Of a stretch of DNA of 64,000 bases, positions 38,036 through 50,656 are shown in pieces. The notes beneath the pieces are model-generated. The model had not been told where the DNA came from, did not search any database, and saw nothing but the letters and a program-made list of their open reading frames with translations. The translations under genes and the position numbers were made by a program. The stretch lies in NCBI RefSeq assembly GCF_018350175.1, contig NC_058377.1, forward strand, positions 109,988,001-110,052,000, read 5' to 3'. Within the stretch, counting starts at the first letter, position 1; each line of letters starts with the position of its first letter. Source of the DNA: Felis catus (Eukaryota).

Positions 38036-38950
38036 TCCTAAAGACTTTATGTGTGTGGGTGTATGTCTGAAGATTCATTAAACATCCTGAGAGTTTATGT
38101 CTCTCTCTCCCTCCCCCAGGCCTTGCACCAAAGACCTCAAGGCCACAGGGCCCTACAGCGTCAGAGGTGTCGGGGCAGAGGCACAATTGTGTGATTATTG
38201 TGCCCCCTCCTCGCCTTCCAGGAGCTTTGACATCTGCTCCTGTCCCAGTTGGGCTGCCCAGGCGACAGGTGTGGGGCCACGGTGGAGAGTGTGTGAAGGC
38301 TAAGCTGAGTTACATTGGGGTAAAAAGAGAGTGAGGGATATGGAGAGAGGAGGAAAGGGAAGGAAGAGAATAGCTAATGCTAGGTTCTTTTGTGGGTTTT
38401 ACTTTTTGACAGAATGTGGGGGTGGGGTGGGGGGAAGGGCAGCTACTGTCCAGGGAAGGATGGGACTGTGGGAAGAAGCTGGAAGTTTCATCACAGCACC
38501 TTAAGTAGACGTATATGAAATAATGTTGCATTATTTCAAATTCAAGGGGGGGGGGGAGGGAGCGGCACAGAGAAGGCCTATCTGAGGTCGAGCAAGTGCG
38601 GCTGAGCCCCAGGAACAGGAGCCAGTATGTGAGAAGGGGGACATTTTAGGAAGGTCACTTTGGTGCTGTATGGAGGGTAGACTGGGGAAGACAGGCTGGA
38701 GGCAGGGGAGCACTCAGAGAGCTCCCACAGGCATCCAGGTGAGAGAGAATGGTGGCCGGAGCCAGGATGATGGCCATGGCCATGGACGTGGGTGCCACCT
38801 GTTTGGAAGGTGGAGCAGTCAGGGCTTGCTGAAGGACTGTAACGTGGGATGATGGAGACTGGATGACTCCCAGAGTACTGACTTAAATGCCTGGGTAAAG
38901 GTGGTGCCATTTGCACTGATCCCCTTGGAAGGCAAGACTAACCTCCCCCA

Positions 38951-39110
38951 CGGGTGCCTGGGCGGCTCAGTCGGTTAAGCATCCAACTGGATCTAGGCTC
39001 AGCTCATGATCTCACATTTCTTGACCTCCAGCCTCACAAGCGGCTCTGCGCTGACAGAGCAGAGCCTGCTTGGGATTCCCTCTCTCCTTCTCTCACTCTG
39101 CCCCTCCTCT

Positions 39111-39153
<43 letters not shown>

Positions 39154-39180
39154 ATAAATAAATAAACTTAAAAAAAAAAA
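38951..39180 (+). mobile_element. Can-SINE
   Basis: Head, long (CT)n, A tail. Confidence 0.9.
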
Positions 39181-39522
39181 CAAACCTCCGCCAGCGCTCT
39201 AGGGAAGACTGGTGAGAAACTGCACCTAGGGCAGGAGAGGGAGAGACAAAGGGGGATCCAGAACTGCAGGCCCGGAGCTGGAGGGCAAGGGGCAGGTAGA
39301 CAAGTAGATTCTTCACTGCAGACAATACCAGAGGGACAAGGCCAAGCCCCGACCCTAAGGAACTCAGCGATGCCCAAGTCCCTTCAGAGCACTAGGAACC
39401 CTGGTGCTGTGCCGGCTAGAGCTCAGAAAGTCCCTCCAAGACTTTCCTTCCACTGTGCAGCCTTGCAACCTGGGGCCCAGGGCAAGGGGGGAAACTTCCC
39501 TGGCTGCACGCTCTTGGGAGTC

Positions 39523-39717
39523 TTTTTTTTTTTTTTTTTTTTTTTTAGAGAGAGAAGGTCGGGGGGGGGGGGGGGGGAGAGAGATCAGAGAATCTCAAGC
39601 AGGCTCCGCCCTGTCAGCGCAGAGCCAGAAGAAAGGCTCAATCTCACAAACCGTGAGATCATGACCCTAGCCAAAATCAAGTCAGACGCTTAACCGACGG
39701 AGACACCCAAGCGCCCC
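39523..39717 (-). mobile_element. Can-SINE
   Basis: Poly(T) and reverse head. Confidence 0.9.
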
Positions 39718-40129
39718 TTTGGGGGGGGGTCTTTTAAAAAATGGTCACACAAATGTGACTCTACGCTCGGAAGATGTTTCCAGCGCTCCCCACTGGTGTC
39801 CCTCATCATTTGGCAGCCCCCACCCCTCTGCTAGGCTCACGGAGCATTTCCCCCCGCCCCCCGACGAGGGGCAAAGCCCACGCACCAATGACCTTTTACT
39901 CCCGCTTGCCCCTGCTAGGTACACCCTTCTACCCCTTTCAGCCCCGATAATCTGTTTTTCAAGATCAATGACGGATCCTCCAAGCCAGACTGCACAACCA
40001 CCTGCCAACCTCCCACCCTGAGATCCTGAAGCAAATTTAGTCTCTTTAGAACTGGTGGTTGCGGCTTGTGTCCGTGCGGAAGGTCCAGCTTCCACCAGGT
40101 ATCCAGACGACACCCAGGAAGATCTGTAC

Positions 40130-40660
40130 TAAGCGAGCCAGGCGGGCGAGCCCGTGCATCTCAGGGCTCCGAGCCCGGTGCTCGCTCCATGGCGGCCGCG
40201 GGTGCGCGGCCGCCGAGGCCCAGCCTAGCCGGCCGGCCCGCTGCCCAGGGGCGCGAAAACGCAGGGGCCGGCGCTCCCGGCTCCAGTCCCCGCGCGGCCC
40301 GCCTCCCGACCGAGGACTCCGTCACGTGACGGCGGAGCCTGCGAGCGTTTTTTCTCACGTGACGGAGGCGCCGGCGTGTGGGCCAATGAGAATGCGGGGC
40401 GGGGCTTCCGGGGGGCGGTGCGCGGGAAGGGAACCCCCCGGGGGCCCCGCGGCGGCGGCGGGCGAGACCCGGGGACCAGCCGCCTGCCCGGGGTTGGGTA
40501 GGGATCCGTTGCGGGCCGGCCGCCAGTCTCAGCTCGGTCGCGGGCCAGGCCCGGCCCCGGTCCTGGGCGCAGCATGAAGTGTCTGGTCACGGGCGGCAAC
40601 GTGAAGGGTGAGTTGGGGGCGACCGGTGGGCGGGGGCACGTGGAACCGCGGGAGATGCCA
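40130..40660 (+). promoter_or_regulatory. RAD9A: RAD9A CpG-island promoter with two E-boxes, CCAAT and GC box
   Basis: GTCACGTGAC at 40321-40330, TCACGTGAC at 40355-40363, CCAAT at 40383, GGGGCGGGGC at about 40396. Confidence 0.8.
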
Positions 40661-43600
40661 GCCTAACCCCCGTTTCTTTTCTCCTCCCCGCAGTGCTCGG
40701 CAAGGCCGTCCATTCCCTGTCCCGTATCGGGGATGAGCTCTACCTGGAGCCCCTGGAAGACGGGGTGAGGGGGTGGGTGGGATTACAGCAGGGAGCCGGT
40801 TTCGCCTCCCATCAGGCCAGATGCCCTTGGGCAGATTTGTCTGCTGAGTTTGTCCCCCCCTCCCCCCACCCCGTTGTTGTGGCGTCAGTTTGGGCCCTGT
40901 CGTCTTCCCTGGTCCCTGAAGTGCCCGGTGGCGGGTGGGGGGTGACTAGGGGAAAAGGCAGAGTATGTAGACCCCTTGCTGCGGGAGCAGTGCCGCCAGG
41001 GACTCAGGGAAGGCTTCGGGGAGAAGGCATCCGCTGACGGGACCGAGAGGGAGGATTTCCACAGGTGCCGGCGGAGGACAGTAGGGCAAGTGTGCGACAG
41101 AAGCCAGCCAGAGGGCAGGGCCGTCTCTGCCCCCTGACCGCATCCCTTTCCCTGCTCTTCCTGGCCCAGCTCTCTCTCCGGACGGTGAACTCCTCTCGCT
41201 CTGCCTATGCCTGCTTCCTCTTTGCCCCACTCTTCTTCCAGCAGTACCAGGCAGCCACCCCTGGTCAGGAAGCCCTGCGCTGTAAGATCTTGATGAAGGT
41301 GAGGCCCTTCCCTCATCAGCGGCCCTGTGCCGCTGCCCTGGAATGTGTCTGCTCGGGGACATCCAGTAGATACTGACTGGGGAGGGAGAGGTATTGCAGG
41401 AGCGAGCCAGTGTCAAGTGCAGTGAGGGGCACAGTAAAGACCACAGAGCATAACGGGAGATACGGAGAGGGTGGTTGATTCTGCCGGGGTTTGGAGAGAG
41501 TGGTGATACTCAAGTTGGGCCCTGAAAGGTAAGTAGGTCTTTCAAGGCATCCCAGACAGGTGTAACAGCATGAACAAAGGCCCAGAAAGGCGTAAACGTT
41601 CTGCACGTTGTGGACCTCCTTTCCTGCGGAGACAGTGCTGAGCCTGGGATGGCCAGGTCCTCCACGGGATGTGGAAGCTGGTCGGTGGAGGCACAGCACT
41701 GAGCCGATGGATTTGCCCCGCTCAGTCGTTCCTGGCCGTCTTCCGCTCGCTGGCGGTGGTGGAGAAGACCGTGGAGAGATGCTGCATCTCGCTGAATGGC
41801 AGGAACAGCCGCCTGGTGGTCCAGCTGCACTGCAGATACGGTGAGCGGGCAGCCGGCTGGCCGCGGGGTCCCTGGGGTGGAGGTTAGCAAGACCCACTGA
41901 GACCCTGTCTGCCCGTCCAGGGGTGAGGAAGACTCACAACCTGTCCTTCCAGGAATGCGAGTCCCTGCAGGCCGTCTTCGACCCAGCCTTGTGCTCCCAT
42001 GTGCTCCGTGCCCCCGCACGGTGAGTCCGTCGGCTGGCTACAAGCTGAGCCGTGGGTCTTTTTTTTCTTCTTTGGAGCTTCAAGAGTCAATTTAAGGAGA
42101 CGCCTTCTTCATTTTCTCTTCTACATTTGCTGTCGGGGTCTGGTCTGGCTCTTAGGCAGAGGCTGGAATGGAGGAGGGCGGTGCCCCAGGGGCCTCAGTA
42201 TCTTCAGGAGCCTGTGTTCTCCACCCCAAAGATCCAGCTTGGCTTTCTGGCCATTCAGACCCATTCTGACTCCTCTTTTAGAAGGCAGGTCTTTGAAGCA
42301 CCTGGGTGGCTCAGAGTATCCGACTCTTGATGTTGGCTCAGGTCACGATCCCAGGGTCATGGGATCAAGCCTCGTGTTGGGCTCTGTGCTGGGTGTGGCG
42401 CCTGCTTGGGATTTTCTCCCTCTCTCTCTGTCCCTCCCTCACTTGCGCTCTCTCTGTCTCTCAAAATAAACTTTAAAAAATATTTAAAAAGAAAGAAAAA
42501 AAGCAAGCAGGCAACCAACCAAGCATGTCTTTGGTTTGCACGTAAATCCTCTCTCCGGCCTGAACAGCCTTGAACGTCCATCTTTAAGCTTTGTGGCTCA
42601 GGAGCTCAAAACCCTTCTCTGGTGGGGTCATCCTTCTGGGACTGTGTTCTTTCGAGAGCAGCCTCTTTCCCTATCCGCCTGGACTGTAGATTTGAGGAGT
42701 CCGCAGCCCAAGGAAGGAGGCTGGACAGGGAGGTCATGGTCCAGAACGGCTGCCTGAATACGCAGCCATGGGGGTGGGGCTCTGTTCTGGGAAAATCTGA
42801 ACACCCAGGGGCAGTGCAGGACCTGGCAGATGGGGGCTCCAGTGGAGAACACTAGTGTGGAGAGGGGTAGCTCCCCTCCCACCCTCTGCTGGATGCTGCT
42901 TGTATTTGAGTAGCCCAAGGTCATGTTCATTTTGGTAGCCATAAGGTGTGGTATCTGAAGTTCCCTTTGAGTCCCTACAGTCTATTTTTCTGAGTTCTGT
43001 TAGGGTAGTGCGCTCAGGACTCCTCTGGGTAAAGGAAGAGGGAAGGGTATCCCCTCTAGTCTGGATTTGGGTGCTATTTTTTTCTTCTAATGAGCAATTG
43101 TTTTTCCTTTTTTCATGGACAATTTCAAATATATGTAGAAGCAGCTGCCCACTCCTGTCTCAGTTGTCTCGAGGCCAATTCCAGACGTTGTCTCGTACGT
43201 GAATACTTGTTAACGTGTGTTCTAAAAGATGAAGATTTAAGGCCTTTTTCTGAAGGCCGCGTTTATAGATGGTGCCGCTGTGGTTTCCCACCCCTCGGCG
43301 GGCAGGTACTGCCTGCCTGGTTCGGCCCATGCAACAGCCCATCCTTCCTGTTACCTCCTCTGGATTCTGCTCTGGTCTGCCCCATCCCTTGCGGTGGACT
43401 TTTCTCCAACAGCCCGAGAGCTTTGGATGGGGTAGGAACCAGGTCCTCCTCACCCTGTCCTCCCTCCCAGGGCATGCTAGGCCTGGCACATGGTAGGTGT
43501 CTGTGCGCTAATAACCCGCGCCACGGCTCTGCCTCAGCTCACCAAGAGCGAAGGCCCTGGGCAGGGCTAAGCCTTGGTGTGATGCTGTGCCCTTCTCACA

Positions 43601-45437
43601 GGGTCCTGGGGGAGGCTGTTCAGCCCTTCCCCCCCACATTGGCAGAAGTGACGCTGGGCATCGGCTCTGGCCGCAGGGTCATCCTGCGCAGCTACCAGGA
43701 GGAGGAGGCAGGTGAGGGAGCCAGATGCAGCCTGGGATGACTCAGGGCGGGGCGGGGGGGAGGGGGGGCAGCTGGGGTAGGAGGGGACAGGGCCCAGAGG
43801 CCTGGGTTCCTCCTGCTCCTGCCTCCAGACAAGACTGTCAAAGCCATGGTGACGGAGATGAGCATCGGGGAGGAGGACTTCCAGCAGCTGCAGGCCCAGG
43901 AAGGGGTGGCCATCACTTTCTGCCTCAAGGAATTCCGGGTGAGTGTCCCCCCAACACGCTCCCCACCCTGCCCTCCCGGCCCCGCCCAGGCTCACTGCTC
44001 TGCCTCTCCACTCCCAGGGACTCCTGACTTTCGCAGAGTCCGCAAACTTGTCTCTTAGCATTCACTTCGATGTGCCAGGCAGGTAATTCCCAGCCTCGGG
44101 TGTGGGAGGGGAGGCTCTGGGCTGCCGGGAGCTGAGAAGCCCTGACCTGGCCCAGGACCTGTCATCTGCCTAGGCCAGCCATCTTTGCCATCAAGGACTC
44201 CCTGCTGGACGGACACTTCGTCCTGGCCACGATGTCCGAGTCGGACCTGCGCTCCCCAGAGCTACACAGGCTGGCGCCTCCGCTCCAGGCTCACAGGTGA
44301 GGATGCCCACCCGCCTGCCCACTGCCATCTCTGTACCCTGGCCTGAGCCTGCCGCCCGTGTGCCACCCCCAGCACACACACTTCCTGTCAGGCCCCAGCC
44401 CCTACAGTACTCACAGCCCCTTCCAGCCTCACAGGCTCAGCCTTCCTGATCAGCTGTGCTCAGAGATCCCTCCCACCCAGGGAAGTGTCCCCAAGGTCGG
44501 GCTGGCTTCCTTCTCTGGCCGAGTCCTCCCCTCTGAGCCTCTTCCCAGGCCAGGGAGGGAACAGGCTGCTGGGAGGCAGGGAGCTGCCTGGGGCTGGGGA
44601 AAGCAGGTGGCTGGAAGGGCAGGTGGGGTGGGGAGGATGGGCCCAGTGTAGCTGAAACAGAGGAAGTTTAGTCTGGCCCCCCGCCCAGCACGTCCCTGGG
44701 CCCCAGTGCTCTCCAGCTCTGTCTCCCGGGAAGGTGGAGGCTTTGGCCCCAGGTGGTCTAGCTCAGAGGATTTGATGCTCCCCTACCCAAACTGAGCTAA
44801 ACTCGCTCCCAGGATGCCTCCCTCAGGCCCTGATCTGAACTCTGATCAAATGGATTCCAGGTCCACTCCCTGCAGGAAGCCTCCACTTAACCACTACGTC
44901 TTTTCACCTCCAACTAAATGAGAAAGTAGTAAAGCCAAGGGATCCTCACTGGTCACAAGGCTTTTACAGCCCCCTCTGAGTCCTCTAAGGAGGCGCCCTG
45001 CCTCCGTACCCTCTTTTCTCTCTGTGCCTGACACCGTGTTCCTGCCTACAGCACACCCCACCTGGATGACTTTGCCAATGACGACATTGACTCTTACATG
45101 ATCGCCATGGAAACCACTGCAGACATCGAGGGCTCCCGGGCAGTACCCTCTGTGTCCTTTTCGCCTGGCCGCCAGCCCCCTTCTAGCCCTGGCCCCTACT
45201 CAGAGGACAACGACACTGAGCCCAGTATAGAGCCTGGGACTCCCCCCCCCAAGAAGGTAGGGGCTGGAGATGGAGGCAGGGGTGGGAGGCAAGGAGGGAG
45301 CAGCCTCCGGAACTCACCCCGCTTCCTCTGCTCCCTTCCAGTTCCGCTCGCTGTTCTTTGGCTCCGTCCTCGCCCCTGCACACTCCCCTCCCGGCCCCAG
45401 CCCTGTGCTGGCTGAAGATAGTGAGGGTGAAGGCTGA
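40574..45437 (+). CDS. RAD9A: RAD9 checkpoint clamp component A, 385 aa; join(40574..40607,40694..40764,41170..41298,41726..41840,41921..42020,43602..43711,43829..43938,44018..44082,44174..44296,45052..45256,45342..45437)
   Basis: [31 protein letters not shown]...[14 protein letters not shown]...[10 protein letters not shown]. 1158 nt, all introns GT-AG with consistent phases. Confidence 0.97.
42297..42505 (+). mobile_element. Can-SINE in RAD9A intron 5
   Basis: gcacctgggtggctcag head, (CT)n, A tail. Confidence 0.85.
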
Positions 45438-46086
45438 GCTGAGAACAAGCCCGTGTCCAGAGGCCCTGGACTAGACGAAGCCACGGCCTCCCCCTTCCCC
45501 CAGAGGGCTGATCTCTGCCCTGGTGGGTGGTAAAGGCGGGCTGTGCTGGAGTGGAGCTGGTTGGTCTTGTCCCCACCTCAGACCCCTCCCGGCTGTCTGC
45601 GACTAGCCTGGGTCCTGTCTTCTCTCACCAACTCCCAACCAGTCATGTCTGTTCCCAGGCTCGGCACTGAACTGCCACCTGATGGGAGGTCCCTCACCTG
45701 TTCCTCCCCATAGGCCTTCAGGCCAGACTCCTAACTACGCAGCCAGGGTGGACACCTGCCTTCCCTAAGACAAAAGTCACAAAGGGGCTCTTGGCCCCTG
45801 CTGCTCTCCTGGCTTTGCCAATCATGACGTGTCCCTTCCTTAAACCCTGGGCACGCCCCTGGGATCCCTTTAGCCGGCAGACTATTTTTCTTGCTTTCTC
45901 TATGCTGTCTGGCCCTGGTTTGGAATTCTCAGCCCCTGTGGACCCGAGCCTGTGGCTGGGGTTGCCTTGGCTGGCGCCCCATGCCCAGCAAGCCTGTCCT
46001 CCCAAGCGGCTCTGGGCAGAAGGGCTGCCAGGCTCAGTATTTGGGACAAGGGAGACAGAGGCCGTGGCGAGAATCCAGCTTTGACC

Positions 46087-46092
46087 TTTATT
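46087..46092 (-). terminator. PPP1CA: PPP1CA poly(A) signal AATAAA
   Basis: tttatt on + about 325 nt downstream of the stop codon. Confidence 0.75.
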
Positions 46093-46271
46093 CAAGAGAC
46101 CAGATGGGTCGCCCCAGGATCTGTCTGCTGGCCCTGAGGCCAAGCGAGGCTGGAAACCCACATCTGGCCCTGCTTTGCCCTGAGCTGCAGCCTCAGCCCC
46201 AGGGTCCTGCTTGTCACCACCGCCGGTGCAGGCGGAAGGAGCCCTGGGGGACTGGACGCTGCTATCGATTC

Positions 46272-46277
46272 ATTAAA
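46272..46277 (+). terminator. RAD9A: Probable RAD9A poly(A) signal ATTAAA
   Basis: First A(A/T)TAAA I found on + after the RAD9A stop. It lies inside the PPP1CA 3'UTR. Confidence 0.55.
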
Positions 46278-46417
46278 AAAAAAAGAAAAAGAAAAATATA
46301 CCAAGGCTCCGTGCTCCCCGTGACAGGTGGGCCTGGGGGGAGCCAGCACGAACCCCCCAACGGCCACATAATTTCTGTACAATCCACCATCTGGGGCAGA
46401 GTGCGGGCACGTGGAGG

Positions 46418-49244
<2,827 letters not shown>

Positions 49245-50299
49245 GGCGGCGCCGCCGCTCCGGCCCAGCAGCTCCGGGCCCACTCCTGCCGCCCGCCCTC
49301 CCGCTGCCTCCTTCCGGCCTGGCGCTCCTTCCGCCCGCCCCAGCCCGCCCCGGCCTGCCGCCCCGCCTCCTCGGCCTGCCGCCCCGCCCCGCGCGCGCTG
49401 CCCCCGCGCTCTAGCGCCCCCGCCGGACGCCGGGAGCAGCGGCCTCGGCGGTCCGGAGGCGGGGCATAGGTGACGGGGCGGGGCGGGGCGGGGCTTGCGC
49501 TGAGTTTGGGTGTGTGTGTCCAGGACGGAGCCCGGCCAGTGGGGTGGGGCTTGGTGGGGCGGGGTCGAGTCTGGTCCCTCCCCTGACGAATGACCGAGTC
49601 CAGTTCCGAGGGTATGGGACCGGAAATACTGTGGAAGTTGTTTTTCTCTATCAAAGGCTGACCAGTCTTTCCCACCCACCCTGGGCGGGAGTGTGGTGTG
49701 AGTACGTTAATAACTGTCTCCCCAAACACTACGGATTAAGTCCTCAAGGTGCAGAAAAAGAAACTGAGGCTCAGAGATAGCAAGGGGCTGGGCCAAAACC
49801 CCAGCTTCACATTCATGGAGGACCTTTACCTCCTGAGTCTTTGTGGCCCCCAGGCAGCTGGCCAGACTCAGACACCCACCGCGTTTTGGTCCACACTGTG
49901 GTGCGCGCTAAGTTAATATTTTTTTTATAAGTTCCGTCATTGCTTCTTGAGTGCATAATAACGCTGCATGATGTGCGTGTCCAAAGCATTACTTTGCAAA
50001 GAGCAAAACTATAATAAACCATAGTTCTCACTGGAATCCTGAACTGCTTTACGTGCCGGTAACCTCGAAACTGGAGGTGGCCTGGCCTCTGTACCTCTGC
50101 TGGGCCCTGACCCGTCACACCCATGGCGGAAACCTAAGCCTGCCGCCATCCAGCCCACGGGGGCCCACGGAGAGCCCACGGGAAGGGTGGGAGGAGCCCA
50201 CAGCACTGGGGCAGACCGGAAGAGCCTCGGGGAGGAAGGGGTGACCCCCCCCACACACTCGGGAGGGTAGTGTGGGAGGGGCCCCCCAGCCGGTTGCTG

Positions 50300-50348
50300 T
50301 CTGCTACTGAGGAGGAAGTGAGAGGAGGAGGTGAGGTGCAGCAGGGAG
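50300..50348 (+). promoter_or_regulatory. TBC1D10C: Likely TBC1D10C promoter and non-coding first exon
   Basis: PU.1/ETS motif GAGGAAGTG at 50312-50320, donor GAG|gtaagc at 50349, pyrimidine-rich acceptor ending at 50629 upstream of the ATG. Start coordinate is approximate. Confidence 0.5.
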
Positions 50349-50656
50349 GTAAGCTGGGCTGGGGGGGAGGGGGGGAGGGGGGCAGGGGCAGGGGCTGGGC
50401 CTGGGGCTGGGCCTCTATGCAGAGGTCTGGCTTTTCTGCCACTTCAGGGCCCACCCTCCCCTCCCCCAATAAAAGTGGGGACAGAAGGAGCTTGGTGAGA
50501 TACCCCAAAGCCTCTTCCCTCTGAACCTCACACAGTCAGGTCCTCGGGCTGGGGACCGGCTGGATGGGAGCCCAGGCCCCAGGCTGCTCAGGAGTTGCCT
50601 CTCACCCTGGCTCTCCCCACATCTTGCAGCCTGTTGTAGCAGGGGTCTGGGGCACC

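Noticed and set aside
50564-50656. Upstream in-frame ATG extending TBC1D10C by 31 aa
   Set aside because: Probably lies in the first intron (donor 50349, acceptor 50629). The recalled protein starts MAQALG in a strong Kozak context.
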